A stretch of 64,000 nucleotides of DNA, taken from contig DHMO01000053.1 in the NCBI GenBank assembly GCA_002405835.1, positions 50,273 through 114,272 on the forward strand, given 5' to 3'. This document shows positions 27,102 to 37,800 of the stretch, in pieces (the first letter of the stretch is position 1; the number at the start of each line of letters is the position of its first letter). Source of the DNA: Lentisphaeria bacterium UBA4640. Its GTDB lineage: Bacteria; Verrucomicrobiota; Lentisphaeria; Victivallales; UBA1829. Made by a program: the position numbers and the translations under genes. Below the pieces are notes generated by a model, which made no database searches, had not been told where the DNA came from, and saw only the letters and a program-made list of their open reading frames with translations.

Positions 27102-28175
27102 ATGGCATATCTGAACCGTCTGCTGCTCAAAGGAAACGAAGCCGTCGTCTACGGAGCTCTGCTTGCCGGATGCGATGCTTTCTACGGCTATCCGATCACC
27201 CCTGCGAGCGAAGTCGCCCATTCCTCCGCAAAACTTTTTCCGATGCTCCACCGCACATTCCTTCAAGCGGAATCGGAAATCAGCGCAATCAATATGGTAA
27301 TCGGAGCAAGCGCCGCCGGCAAACGCGTCATGACAGGAAGCTCCGGACTCGGAATCAGCCTGAAACAGGAAGCGGTCAGCTATCTTGCCGCATTTGAACT
27401 GCCCGCGGTCATTGTCGACGTCATGCGCGGCGGTCCCGGTCTCGGCAACATCAGTCCCGAACAGAGCGACTACTTCCAGGTCGTCAAGGGCGGCGGACAC
27501 GGCGCATACCGCTGTCTTGTCTTTACCCCCGACTCCGTTCAGGAAATGTGCGACTGCGGTTACAACGCTTTCGCCATGTGTGAAAAATACCGTACCCCCG
27601 CCTACATTCTCGCCGACGGCGTGATCGGTCAGATGATGGAATCGGTAACCCTTCCCGAACCGACTGACTATGTGTTCGATCCGGAATGGGCGGTCAACAA
27701 GTACAACGACAAGGGCGAGGCGAATTACCTCACCACGATCTATCTGGAAAACGATGAACTGGAACGCCGGAACAATCTTCTTCAGGAGAAGTTCCGCCGG
27801 ATTCAGGAGAATGAACAGAGCGCAGAAGAGTACATGACCGATGACGCCGAACTTGTCTTCGTCGCCTACGGAATCTCCGCCCGAATCGCCCGCACCGCCG
27901 TTCACGAACTGCGGAATGAAGGATACAAAGTCGGACTTCTCCGTCCGAAGATGGTCTTCCCCTTCCCCGAACGCGCGCTGAACAAACTTGTGAATGCGGA
28001 AACCGTGAAAAACTTCCTCTGCGTCGAACTGAGCCCCGGCCAGATGATTGAAGACGTCAAGCTCTCAATCGAATGCCGCCGCCCCGTCCACCTCGCCTAC
28101 CGCATGGGCGGCAACATTCCGTCGGTTCGTGAAATCTGTGAAAAAGCCGTCGCGATTCTGAAAGGAGCGTGCTGA
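27102..28175 (+). CDS. 2-oxoacid:ferredoxin oxidoreductase alpha subunit
   Basis: LKGNEAVVYGALLAGCDAFYGYPITPASEV is the typical KorA/VorB N-terminus. The length is about 357 aa. Confidence 0.88.
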   Translation: MAYLNRLLLKGNEAVVYGALLAGCDAFYGYPITPASEVAHSSAKLFPMLHRTFLQAESEISAINMVIGASAAGKRVMTGSSGLGISLKQEAVSYLAAFELPAVIVDVMRGGPGLGNISPEQSDYFQVVKGGGHGAYRCLVFTPDSVQEMCDCGYNAFAMCEKYRTPAYILADGVIGQMMESVTLPEPTDYVFDPEWAVNKYNDKGEANYLTTIYLENDELERRNNLLQEKFRRIQENEQSAEEYMTDDAELVFVAYGISARIARTAVHELRNEGYKVGLLRPKMVFPFPERALNKLVNAETVKNFLCVELSPGQMIEDVKLSIECRRPVHLAYRMGGNIPSVREICEKAVAILKGAC

Positions 28176-28176
28176 A

Positions 28177-29652
28177 ATGAGTGAAGAGATTGTAAAATTC
28201 GGAAAATCCAAAGTCTTTTTCGACACCTTCACACGCCGTCCCGGTCCGATCAAGAAGAACATGCACTACTGCCCCGGCTGCGGACACGGCATTCTTCACA
28301 AGCTCATTGCGGAAGCCGTTGAGTATCATGACATCCAGAAGAAAACCGTTATTATCGCCCCCGTCGGCTGCGCGGTCTTCTCCTACTATTACTACAACTG
28401 CGGCGGAATTTCCGTTCCGCACGGACGCGTCCCCGCGGTCGGAACCGGACTTGTCCGTGCTCTGCCGGACAACTTCGTCATCTCCTACCAGGGCGACGGC
28501 GACCTCGCGGCAATCGGTCTGAACGAGTTTCTCCAGGCGGCGAACCGCGGAGAAAACATGGCTGTTTTCTTCGTGAACAATTCGACCTACGGAATGACCG
28601 GCGGACAGATGGCTCCCACCACGCTTCCCGGTCAGAAAACCGCCACAAGTCCCTGCGGCCGCCAAATCGAAACCGACGGTTATCCGCTGAAAGTCTGCGA
28701 AATGGTCAATGCACTTGCAGCTCCGGTCTACATCGAACGCGTCGCTTTGACTTCCACCGCGAAAATCATGCAGGCGCGGAAAGCGATCCGCAAAGCGGTC
28801 GGACTCCTGAAGGAGCGCAAGGGATTCTCGCTCGTCGAAATTCTCTCTCCCTGTCCGGTCAATTTGAAGATGGACGCCAAGACCATCAACCGTTTCATCG
28901 ACGAACAGATGAGCCGTTATTTCCCGCTCGGCTGTTTCCGCGACAACACGGAAACGGCGCAGCCGCACCGTTTTGAGCGTCCGGTTCATGATCCCGATCT
29001 GGTCCGCCAGGTTCTTTTCCCGCCGAAACTCAATATCGGCGTTGCGTCGGATTTCAAGAACCAGTCGAAAATTTTTGAACATGAGCGCCGCATCAAAATT
29101 GCAGGATTCGGCGGACAGGGCATCCTGAGTCTCGGCATCATGCTTGCGACGATGGGCAAACTGCGCAACTTCAATGTCACCTGGCTTCCCTCCTACGGAC
29201 CGGAACAGCGCGGAGGCTCCGCGAACTGTTCGGTGATTCTGAGCCGCAATCTTATCGGTTCGCCGGTGATTGATGACAGCTGCAATCTTCTGATTGCCAT
29301 GACACAGGTCGCACTTGACAAGTTCCTGCACGAGTTGAAACCGAACGGCGTGCTGATTTATGACAGCTCGACGATGAAGGTTCCGGAGCACATCGCGGAA
29401 TCGCATCCCGTTTTCGGCATCAAAGCGTTGGATATTGCACTTGAACTCGGCAGTCTGAAGTGTGCGAACTCGGTGATTCTCGGAGCCCTCTCCGCGATCC
29501 TCATCGACCGCTATCTCGAAGGCGCCGACAAGCTCGACTTCGACCGCGCTTTTGAAGAGGCGATCATCGACTGCTTCAACAACAAGCCGGATGTCATCAA
29601 ACTGAATCTCTGCGCATTCTATGAAGGCAAGAAAGCCGTCAAATTCAACTGA
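28177..29652 (+). CDS. 2-oxoacid:ferredoxin oxidoreductase beta subunit fused to a gamma-subunit domain
   Basis: The N-terminal half has YCPGCGHGILHKLI and the TPP-binding GDGD. The C-terminal ~190 aa (IKIAGFGGQGILSLGIMLA..., YGPEQRGGSANCSV...) matches the gamma subunit pattern. Confidence 0.85.
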   Translation: MSEEIVKFGKSKVFFDTFTRRPGPIKKNMHYCPGCGHGILHKLIAEAVEYHDIQKKTVIIAPVGCAVFSYYYYNCGGISVPHGRVPAVGTGLVRALPDNFVISYQGDGDLAAIGLNEFLQAANRGENMAVFFVNNSTYGMTGGQMAPTTLPGQKTATSPCGRQIETDGYPLKVCEMVNALAAPVYIERVALTSTAKIMQARKAIRKAVGLLKERKGFSLVEILSPCPVNLKMDAKTINRFIDEQMSRYFPLGCFRDNTETAQPHRFERPVHDPDLVRQVLFPPKLNIGVASDFKNQSKIFEHERRIKIAGFGGQGILSLGIMLATMGKLRNFNVTWLPSYGPEQRGGSANCSVILSRNLIGSPVIDDSCNLLIAMTQVALDKFLHELKPNGVLIYDSSTMKVPEHIAESHPVFGIKALDIALELGSLKCANSVILGALSAILIDRYLEGADKLDFDRAFEEAIIDCFNNKPDVIKLNLCAFYEGKKAVKFN

Positions 29653-29665
29653 GATTCAAACAATT

Positions 29666-29710
29666 CGGGCGTCTTCTGTTCCGCACAGTAAGACGCCCGG
29701 TTCATTTTTA
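29666..29710 (+). terminator. Rho-independent terminator after the oxidoreductase operon
   Basis: 10-bp stem CGGGCGTCTT (29666-29675) / AAGACGCCCG (29690-29699), followed by GTTCATTTTT. Confidence 0.6.
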
Positions 29711-29758
29711 ATATCAGCAAAGGTTTTGCAAAAAACAGATTAACTTTCTTTGCAATAA

Positions 29759-30766
29759 TTACTCTTTTGCACGTACTATGCAAACGCTATCTATGGCTCT
29801 TTTTACCAGAGACTCTTGTTTTAGCGTGCTTTTATAGGTGTACGGAGGTAAACTTTTGGCATTCGCTGCAAAATTAATATTTTGAGGGAGTGTACCAGTT
29901 GCATTCATGAAGTCTTGTTCTGATATTTTTGAGGTAATAACTCCTATGACTTCCCCTTTTTCATTTATCAACGGAGCTCCAGAACATCCAGGCTGAACAG
30001 GAACAGTTATTTGAATTTGTCCATCAGCTATAGTAGATATGACTCCATCAGCAAATTTTGGCTCTTTCCCAAGCAATCCAGCAACAGGAAAACCGACAGA
30101 AAATACTTTTTCCCCAATAGTAGGCGCCCCTTCATAAACAGGAATTACTTTTTCAGGGAATGGGCGTTCACAATGCAATATAGCAATATCGTTAATACTA
30201 TCTTTTCTTTGCAGTGTTACAGGAATCCATGCATCTTTTACAAAGATAACGATTTCTGTTGTATTTTCGACCACATGGTATGCGGTAACCAATGTATCTG
30301 GCTTAATAAAGAAAGCTGTTCCTTGAGCGACTTTTGTTTTTCGTGGCGATGGAGTTTTTATATTTACTCCTTCATATGAGGTTGCACGCCTTTTTACGAA
30401 TGCTGGAATTTCTGCAATCTCTTTAAACTCTGATAATCCTGTCAGCATAGAACGCGTATAGATAACGGTCTTATTCCTCTTCAAATAGTACATTTTACCG
30501 CTATATGTGCCCTTAACCAACATGAAATCCGGACGCCCGTGCTCCGCGAAATAAGCAGCCATTTTAGAGTCTGCGGCAGCTTCTATATCCATTCGCCGAT
30601 CGCCATCCTGTTCTTGAGATGATATAAGACGGTTCTCATAATAAGGAGTTGTTGATCCTAACTCATATCCTGCAGCTAACTGTCTGCATCCACAAAAAGA
30701 AACTATAAGTAACGCCAAAGAGGAAGTGCTTATTTTTCTGAAGTTTGTCACTAAACGGCTATTCAT
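29759..30766 (-). CDS. Trypsin-like (S1/chymotrypsin fold) secreted serine protease, possible lipoprotein; low-GC gene
   Basis: Catalytic triad contexts TAYHVV (His), NDIAILH (Asp) and GCSGAPLINEKGEVIGV (Ser). Signal peptide ending LLIVSFCGC. The gene is visibly AT-rich relative to its flanks. Confidence 0.8.
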   Translation of the reverse strand: MNSRLVTNFRKISTSSLALLIVSFCGCRQLAAGYELGSTTPYYENRLISSQEQDGDRRMDIEAAADSKMAAYFAEHGRPDFMLVKGTYSGKMYYLKRNKTVIYTRSMLTGLSEFKEIAEIPAFVKRRATSYEGVNIKTPSPRKTKVAQGTAFFIKPDTLVTAYHVVENTTEIVIFVKDAWIPVTLQRKDSINDIAILHCERPFPEKVIPVYEGAPTIGEKVFSVGFPVAGLLGKEPKFADGVISTIADGQIQITVPVQPGCSGAPLINEKGEVIGVITSKISEQDFMNATGTLPQNINFAANAKSLPPYTYKSTLKQESLVKRAIDSVCIVRAKE

Positions 30767-30806
30767 ACACAGAACCCTTTCAAGAATAATATTGAGGCTG
30801 AAAAAT

Positions 30807-30883
30807 TGGTGCTCTCGGCGCGAATCGAACGCGCGACCTGTTCTTTAGGAGAGAACCGCTCTATCCAACTGAGCTACGAGAGC
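30807..30883 (-). tRNA. tRNA-Arg (anticodon CCT), CCA encoded
   Basis: The reverse complement GCTCTCGTAGCTCAGTTGGATAGAGCGGTTCTCTCCTAAAGAACAGGTCGCGCGTTCGATTCGCGCCGAGAGCACCA folds by hand into a 77-nt cloverleaf: 7-bp acceptor, D arm GCTC/GAGC, anticodon stem GTTCT/AGAAC with loop CTCCTAA, and T arm GCGCG-TTCGATT-CGCGC. Confidence 0.93.
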
Positions 30884-30980
30884 TTTTTTTCTGTTTTTTC
30901 TGTTTTTTTCGTTTACTTATTTGAAAACTCTGTTAATATGCACTATGATACGAAAAAATCAAATGGAAATCAGAAAAAAT

Positions 30981-32012
30981 ATGCACGGTTTATACACTTA
31001 TCTGGCAAAAAGGCTGTCTTTGGCGGGAATGACACTGCTCATTATCCTCTTCGTCAGCTATCTTCTCCTGCGGATTGCCCCCGGTGATCCGACACGAAGC
31101 TCCATGTTCGGCGCACAGGGTGACGGCGGCGGCTTATCTTCCGAAAAGGCGGCGCTTGTCAAAGACGACAACATGCGCGAAAAACTTCATCTCGACAAAC
31201 CCGCGGCTGTCGGATTCGCTCTCTGGATGAAGCAGATCGTCCTGCACGGCGACTTCGGCGCATCGGCGGCGGTCGACAAGGGACGACCCGTTTCCGAACT
31301 CATCCTCGAACGTCTCCCCGTCACGCTCCGGCTCAACATCGCGGCGATCCTGCTGACCTATCTGCTCGCCATTCCGATGGGTATTCTCGCCGGAGTGTTC
31401 CCGGATTCAAAATACGACAAAATCACAACATTCCTGCTGTTCTTTCTCTATTCGCTTCCGACTCTGTGGGTCGCGCTGGTGCTTCAGGCGGCACTCTGCA
31501 AAGGCGGATGGCTGCCCGTCTTCCCGCTGAAGGGACTCCTCCCCGATGTCTCTCCGGGGGAATCAACCTGGAAGATCATCGGGAACACAATCATGCATTA
31601 CGTTCTCCCCGTGCTCTGTCTCACCTACGGCGGATTTGCCGGACTATCCCGCTTCACGCGCTCGGCCATGATGGACGTCATTCACCAAAACTACATCCGC
31701 ACTGCGGTTGCAAAAGGAGTGCCGCAGATCGACGTCATTCTTTCGCATGCGTTCCGCAATACGCTTGTCGTGATGATTACATTGTTCGCCGGACTCCTTC
31801 CCTCGCTGGTTGCGGGAAGCATTCTGGTGGAATATGTATTCAACATTCCGGGGATGGGGTCGCTTTCGATGATGGCGCTCAGCAGCCGCGACATTCCTCT
31901 GCTGATGGCGCTCTTTGCATTCAGCGGTGCACTCACCCTCGGGGGAATGCTGATTGCCGATATACTCTATGTCTTTGCCGACCCGCGAATCTCATTCCGC
32001 GGAAGAATCTAA
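30981..32012 (+). CDS. ABC transporter permease, peptide/nickel (DppB/OppB-like) family
   Basis: YLAKRLSLAGMTLLIILFVSYLLLRIAPGDP is the typical N-terminus. An EAA-like region is present (SRFTRSAMMDVIHQNYIRTAVAKG). The start is uncertain: in-frame ATGs lie at 30921, 30945, 30963 and 30981. Confidence 0.78.
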   Translation: MHGLYTYLAKRLSLAGMTLLIILFVSYLLLRIAPGDPTRSSMFGAQGDGGGLSSEKAALVKDDNMREKLHLDKPAAVGFALWMKQIVLHGDFGASAAVDKGRPVSELILERLPVTLRLNIAAILLTYLLAIPMGILAGVFPDSKYDKITTFLLFFLYSLPTLWVALVLQAALCKGGWLPVFPLKGLLPDVSPGESTWKIIGNTIMHYVLPVLCLTYGGFAGLSRFTRSAMMDVIHQNYIRTAVAKGVPQIDVILSHAFRNTLVVMITLFAGLLPSLVAGSILVEYVFNIPGMGSLSMMALSSRDIPLLMALFAFSGALTLGGMLIADILYVFADPRISFRGRI

Positions 32013-32027
32013 ACTAAAAGGTGCTGC

Positions 32028-34859
32028 ATGAAAATTCTCCGTTATCTCGGATGGCACAAGCCGCTCCCCGAACTTGCCGCGCAGACTCTGCTCAAATCCG
32101 GAGTCCGCTCCGAAGCGGACGGGACTCTTGATCTCTCCTCCATTCTCGTATTGATTCCCGGACGCCACGCAATCCGCATTCTGAATGAAAAGATTGCCGC
32201 TCTGCTTGAACGCTGTCAGGCAGGCGGATTTTTCCCGCCCGAATTCTACACGCCCGAACGCTTCGTCCTTGAGGGAAGCGACCGTTTTGCCGTGGCCGCA
32301 GATATGGAACTTGTCCATGTCTGGCAACAGGTGCTCAAGCAGGCTGACCCCAAGGACTTCCCGTCGCTTTTCCCTGCGGACATCGACAAGAATGACGATA
32401 CATCCGCCGATTATCTTGCAGGTGAATTCATCCGGCTTGTCCGCGAGCTTTCCAGCGGCGGTCATACCGTTGCATCCGCACGCGCCGCTCAGATTTCGGA
32501 AAATCCGGAACGGTGGGAGGATATTCAGGCTCTGGAAGAACGCGTGCGCGCCCTGCTGGCGGAAAACGGACTTGTCGACACCGAAACGCTGAAACTGCAG
32601 CTGGCAAACTCCGCCGGAGAATTCCGCAGATTCAGGCAGATCATCGTGATCGGAATGCCTGACCTCTCCGAACTGCTCATCAAACGTCTCGAAAAAGTCT
32701 CGGATACTCTCGACGTCGAGATCTGGATCAACGCACCCGATGAACTTCACTCCTCGTTCGATCCCTGGGGACGCCCCGTTCCCGAACGCTGGAACGGTTA
32801 TCCGGTTTCATTTTCTCCGGAAACGCACGGTCTGGACTGCATATTCAAGACCGAAACAATCGAACAGGAGGCGGCTGCCGCAGCCGCGCTTCTGCTGGAA
32901 CCGGACAGAAACCTCAACGGCAAAGCCCTTGCTATCGGTTCGGAAACGCTGTTTCAGCCTATGCTGAACGAACTTGCCCGTCTGAGAACCGAAGACGGTT
33001 CCGCGCTGGAAATCTTCAATCCGTCCGGAGAACAGATCCGCTCGCTGCGTCTTTTTGAACTGCTGACACTTCTGAACCGCTTCCTTTCCGATGATCTTTA
33101 TGAAACGGCGGATGCATTTCTGCACCATCCCGATGTTCTGCGCTGGCTGGCTGTGACGCTGAAAAAATCTCAGAACAGAATTCTGCAGACTGTTGACAAT
33201 TTCAGGATTGCGCATATTCCGGATAATTTCAAAGATTTTTCGACCTTTGGCGATGAAGAGGCTTCCGCGATTTTCAATCTGCTGGAAGATTTGCGTCAAT
33301 CGCTTTCCGCCAAACCGCTTGACGCGATGATTCACGATTTTCTGCACCTGCTTTACGGAAATTCAGTCATGCTGACTGCCCACGGATTCCCCTTGAAAAA
33401 TGAAATCGCCGCACTGGAACGGATTCTGGCTCTGATTGCGCGAAGCCCCGTTTTCCGCTCCGCCGCGAAGCAGGAGGTTTTCGATGAGCTGCTGAATGCG
33501 TTCGGGTCTGAAAGACTCTACAGCCAGCGCACCTCTTGCGACTTCCCCGTCATCGGCTTCCTCGAACTGCCCTGGGTCGACGCAAAAGGAATCGTGGTCT
33601 GCGGGATGAACGACGGCATGATTCCGGAAAGCGCGGGGGGAACTTCGTTCCTTTCGGATTCCCAGAGAGCGCGTCTCGGAATTGCTGACAATGCCCGCCG
33701 TGCCGCCCGCGATTTGCTCTATCTGGAATCCATTTTGAATGCACGCGAACCGGGAGCAGTCCGTTTTCTCGCCGCCAGAACTGATGCGGCAGGGAAACCG
33801 CAGAAATTTTCAAGATTCTTCTTCCAGGGGACCCGGGAAGGTGTTCTCCGCCGCGCGGCGCTGCTCTATGAACCGATGCGCATGATTGAACCTCCGTCCG
33901 ATGCAAATGCGAACACTCATTTCATTCTTCAACCGGATTATTCGCTCGCCGCAAAGAATGCTGTTCCCACAGTATCCGTCACGGCATTCCAGGCATATCT
34001 GGCAAGCCCGTTCCGTTTTTTCCTTCAGACCGTCATGCACATGAGCGATGAAGATTTTGAACCGAAAGAACTTGCAAAGAATACTTTCGGCACCTGCATT
34101 CACGCTGCGCTGGAACGGGCTGCAAAGGAGCCCATTGCCGATCCGCTGCGGATGAAAGAGCGTCTGTTTGAAGAACTTGACATCTACATGCGTCAGCAAT
34201 ACGGCTCCCCCCTGCCCGTTCTTATTGCGATTCAGAACGAGCAGATGAAGCAGCGTCTCGCCCATTGTGCGGAAGTGCTTGCTCAATCCGCAAAGGATGG
34301 TTTTGTTCCGATCGAAACCGAATATTCTCTCGGCGGCAAAGGCGGTTCGATTGAGTTCTGCGGAATGAATATCAAGGGAAGAATCGACCGCATCGAATAT
34401 TCCGCCGCACAAAATCATCTGCGTCTGATTGACTACAAGACCGGAGATCGCGGCGACTCGCCGGAAAGCACCCACCTGGCTGGAGCAAAAGGTCATAAGA
34501 AACTCACCAATCTCCAGCTTCCGCTTTACCGCATGCTGATTCTGCGCGATCCCGTTTTCCGCGAACGGCATCCGGAAATCGACTTGAACACGGTCCGCAT
34601 TTCCTGCGGATATCTTAACATGCCCGCCAGCGTCATAGAAACGAAAATAGCGGAATGGGACACTCTTGATGAGTATCTTCCCCTTGCCGAAGAAACCCTT
34701 GAGCGTATTTCCGCGGAAATGCGCGGGTTCGCGCAAGGCATCTTCCGCGAAGATCCGGACGCCAATGTTCCATACGACAATTTCGCTTCCTTCTTTCTGC
34801 CTGATTTACGAACCGCTGTACCATCCGCGACCTGGAACCCGAACAAGGAGAATGCATAA
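32028..34859 (+). CDS. AddB-like PD-(D/E)XK nuclease-family subunit (no Walker A seen)
   Basis: C-terminal RecB-type nuclease motif (IKGRIDRIEY...LRLIDYKTG). The gene sits immediately upstream of, and overlaps by 1 nt (TAATG), a UvrD-like helicase-nuclease gene. Confidence 0.72.
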   Translation: MKILRYLGWHKPLPELAAQTLLKSGVRSEADGTLDLSSILVLIPGRHAIRILNEKIAALLERCQAGGFFPPEFYTPERFVLEGSDRFAVAADMELVHVWQQVLKQADPKDFPSLFPADIDKNDDTSADYLAGEFIRLVRELSSGGHTVASARAAQISENPERWEDIQALEERVRALLAENGLVDTETLKLQLANSAGEFRRFRQIIVIGMPDLSELLIKRLEKVSDTLDVEIWINAPDELHSSFDPWGRPVPERWNGYPVSFSPETHGLDCIFKTETIEQEAAAAAALLLEPDRNLNGKALAIGSETLFQPMLNELARLRTEDGSALEIFNPSGEQIRSLRLFELLTLLNRFLSDDLYETADAFLHHPDVLRWLAVTLKKSQNRILQTVDNFRIAHIPDNFKDFSTFGDEEASAIFNLLEDLRQSLSAKPLDAMIHDFLHLLYGNSVMLTAHGFPLKNEIAALERILALIARSPVFRSAAKQEVFDELLNAFGSERLYSQRTSCDFPVIGFLELPWVDAKGIVVCGMNDGMIPESAGGTSFLSDSQRARLGIADNARRAARDLLYLESILNAREPGAVRFLAARTDAAGKPQKFSRFFFQGTREGVLRRAALLYEPMRMIEPPSDANANTHFILQPDYSLAAKNAVPTVSVTAFQAYLASPFRFFLQTVMHMSDEDFEPKELAKNTFGTCIHAALERAAKEPIADPLRMKERLFEELDIYMRQQYGSPLPVLIAIQNEQMKQRLAHCAEVLAQSAKDGFVPIETEYSLGGKGGSIEFCGMNIKGRIDRIEYSAAQNHLRLIDYKTGDRGDSPESTHLAGAKGHKKLTNLQLPLYRMLILRDPVFRERHPEIDLNTVRISCGYLNMPASVIETKIAEWDTLDEYLPLAEETLERISAEMRGFAQGIFREDPDANVPYDNFASFFLPDLRTAVPSATWNPNKENA

Positions 34860-37800
34860 TGGAAACAACCGCACAAAATGTCCGGCTTATTCCGAATCTC
34901 GCAATCATGGCCTCCGCCGGAACAGGCAAGACGTTTAGTCTGGCGATGCGTTACATTTCCCTTTTGCAGCTCGGAGCAAAGCCCGAAGAAATCGTCGCCA
35001 TGACCTTTTCCAACAAGGCGGCCGGAGAGATTTTCGACAAAATCATTCAGGAACTGCTCTTCATGTGCCGCAGACCGGAAGAACTGGCGACCCGTATCGG
35101 AACCGGCCTGATTCCGGAAGGGACCACGCCCGACGATCTGTTCCGGATTCTCCAGCAGATTCTCAGCATGCCGCAGAAGCTCCACATCGAAACGATTGAC
35201 AGTTTTTTCTTCAAGATTATCAATGTTTTTCCCCTGGAATGCGGAATCACCGGCCCGATCACAATGCTCAACGAGGCGGATGACGAACAGAGAATCCGCA
35301 CGATCCTTACACTGCTCCGCGATTCGTCTGATGATGAAAGACGCGTCCTTATCGAAATCATCAAGCAGTACTCCATGGAGAAAGAGATCGCCACGCTGTT
35401 TGCTACCGCTGACAATACCGTCAAAAGCTATTACTCGGCTTATCAGAAATACCCGGAAAAAGAACTTTGGACAAAAATATCCGGGCTGACCGATATTTCT
35501 CCGGAAGACATCATGACGGAAAAAGAGCTTGAAGACATAAAACAGCAGCTTGACGCATTTTTCGATGTCTTCCCCGATCGGAGAGGATTCAAGATTTTGC
35601 CCGGATTTATAGAATCTGCCATCGCCGACATCAGCTCTCCGACAAAAAACAATCTGGCTCCATTCTCCAAACCTCTGACAGAGGACTGGCTCAATAAAGA
35701 CTTGGCGGAGTTCTCGTATTATAAAAATTTTTCTCTTGACGGAGCCCGGCTCAAAACGATCAAACGCGTTGTGCGTCATTTTCTTGCGGTGGAATGCAGA
35801 AAAATCATGGGGCAGAACGAAGCCTGCTACAACCTTACCAGAGCGTACGACCTCAAATACGGACAAAATATCCGCAAGAAAGGCAAACTGAAATTCCAGG
35901 ATATTCTGTTTCTCCTGCGTCCGCAGGAAGATTCCGGTTCTCTGGAACTTCCGTTTTCGGAACGGGCTGTGCTTGAGGAACGCCTGGATGCGACCTACAA
36001 TCATTATCTGCTTGATGAATTCCAGGATACTTCCGACGAACAGTGGCGCGCGATGTCCAACCTTGTGGATGAAGTTTTCCAGAACGCTCAGGACCGCTTC
36101 CGTTCTTTCTTCTATGTCGGCGACATCAAACAGTCGATCTATCAGTGGCGCGAAGGGAATCCGAAACTTTTCGGGATGATTGCAGAAAAATATTCCCGGG
36201 AGCAGTTCGGGGAAAGCGGGCTGAAAGTCTCCAGTCTTGCAAAGTCCTACCGTTCTTCCTGCGCGGTGATTGAGTCGGTCAATCAGGTCTTCCTGGATCC
36301 TCAGAAAATAACGAATGCCAACGTGCGCGCAGCAATGGAGAGCATGAAATTTGAGGAGCACGAATCCGCGGATTCCGCCAAAAAACAGGCCGGATTTTCT
36401 GCGCTGATCGTCTGTTCCGGCCAGACGGAAAACAATAAAAGTGTCACGGCGCAGGCCATCTACAATCTGCTTGAAGCGGTCAACCCCTTTTCCGGGGAAC
36501 GCAGCTTCACTGTCGGAGTTCTTGCTCAGGGCAACAATTATATTGAAAAGACCTCCGAGGACTTGCGGAAAATCATTGCCCGTGAGGGGAAAAGTGAAAA
36601 AATTGCAATTTCCGCGGAGGGGAAGATGCTGCTCGATTCCAGCATGATTTTTACCGCGTATCGCAAACTTCTCTCTCTTGCGCTGCATCCGGGGGATATG
36701 ATGGCCCGCGGATTCCTGTCGATGCTCTATATCGAAGAGAAAGCCTGCTTCCTCCATGAAATGCCGGAGCTTTGCGGCGAACGCAATCTTGAATTCGGCA
36801 AATGGCTGGAGCGAATCAGCGGAAAAATCCGGGATTCCATTGCGGCGAACGGATTCCATGCATTCCTCGAATACTTTATCCGGATTTTCAAACCGCTGAT
36901 CAACGTGACCGATGCAAAACGCCTGGCTCTTGCCCTCGACACGGCAAATGCATTCGATGCAACAGGCAAATCTGAAATCCGGGATTTCCTGCACACGCTC
37001 GACTGCACGGAAGGAAATACCGCCTCCGTTCGTAAAACGGTTCAGTTCATGACCATTCACAAATCAAAAGGACTGGATTTCGACATCGTCATTCTGCCGG
37101 ACCTTTATGATAAAAACGGCATTGACGCTGGACGCGAGAAGTCTTTAATTTTAAAGAAAGATTCCTCATTCCGGCCGGAATGGATTTCGCATAAACCTGC
37201 GTCAAACCTCCTTCCTTATTTCCCGGCAGTTGCGGAAGCCGTATCAGCCAGCAAAGCGGCAAACACCTACGAACAGTGCTGCAAGCTCTACGTCGCAATG
37301 ACACGCGCCCGCCATGCGCTCTATATTCTGATCCCTGACGAAAAAGCCGGCAATTCTTACCGTTTCACAAAACTGCTCAGAGAAACTCTCAAGGGAACGA
37401 CACCGGAAGCGGAGGAATGGATCAGACAAATCAATGAAAAACAGATTCAGAATTCCGTTCCAGAAGAAATTCCCGAAACGATGCAGCTGCTCTATGCGAC
37501 CGGGGACCCGCTCTGGATGGAAAAGAGCGGAGAAACCAAAAAAGATTCCCGCGCGGAGTTTCTGAAAGAGGCGGAAAAAAGATTCGGCGAAACAATGAAG
37601 CGGTATTACGCCAGCCGCGGCGAAGCCGTCAAACCGCCGGTCCGCGCTCTTCCGGTCCGCCCATCGGAACATAAGCCGGACGACTCATCGCTGTTTTCGG
37701 GAAACGGAGCAGAACTTGGAACGCACCTCCATGAACTGTTCGCGCAGATTCCGTACCTTGATGAAATTTCTCCGGAAATCCTGCTCTCCCAGTATCTCGA

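Noticed and set aside
29653-29758. Search for a direct repeat of the tRNA-Arg 3' end (att-like site) at the far edge of the low-GC protease islet.
   Set aside because: I could not find a match longer than a few nucleotides to TGGTGCTCTCGGCGCGAATCG by eye. The region is instead occupied by a clean terminator hairpin. No mobile-element call was made.
30884-30912. T-rich short tandem (TTTTTTCTG TTTTTTCTG TTTTTTTCG) next to the tRNA 5' end. I considered it as a repeat or CRISPR-like element.
   Set aside because: There are only about three very short, low-complexity units with no spacers. This is most simply the AT-rich tRNA promoter/UP region on the minus strand.
30806-31087. A 93-aa + strand ORF overlapping the tRNA-Arg gene.
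   Set aside because: It runs antisense through a well-folding tRNA and a T-rich spacer, so it is considered spurious.
34526-37060. An 844-aa ORF on the - strand inside the AddA-like gene. Similar long antisense ORFs lie at 1740-2906, 26850-27905, 28057-29406, 48162-49574, 50252-51931, 52670-53746, 56403-57812 and 61758-62924.
   Set aside because: Each lies opposite a gene with strong family-specific motifs (helicase Walker A/DEFQD, KorA/KorB, GdhA, FtsH, Tig, ProB/MiaB, GH36) and shows no motifs of its own. I treated them all as shadow ORFs.
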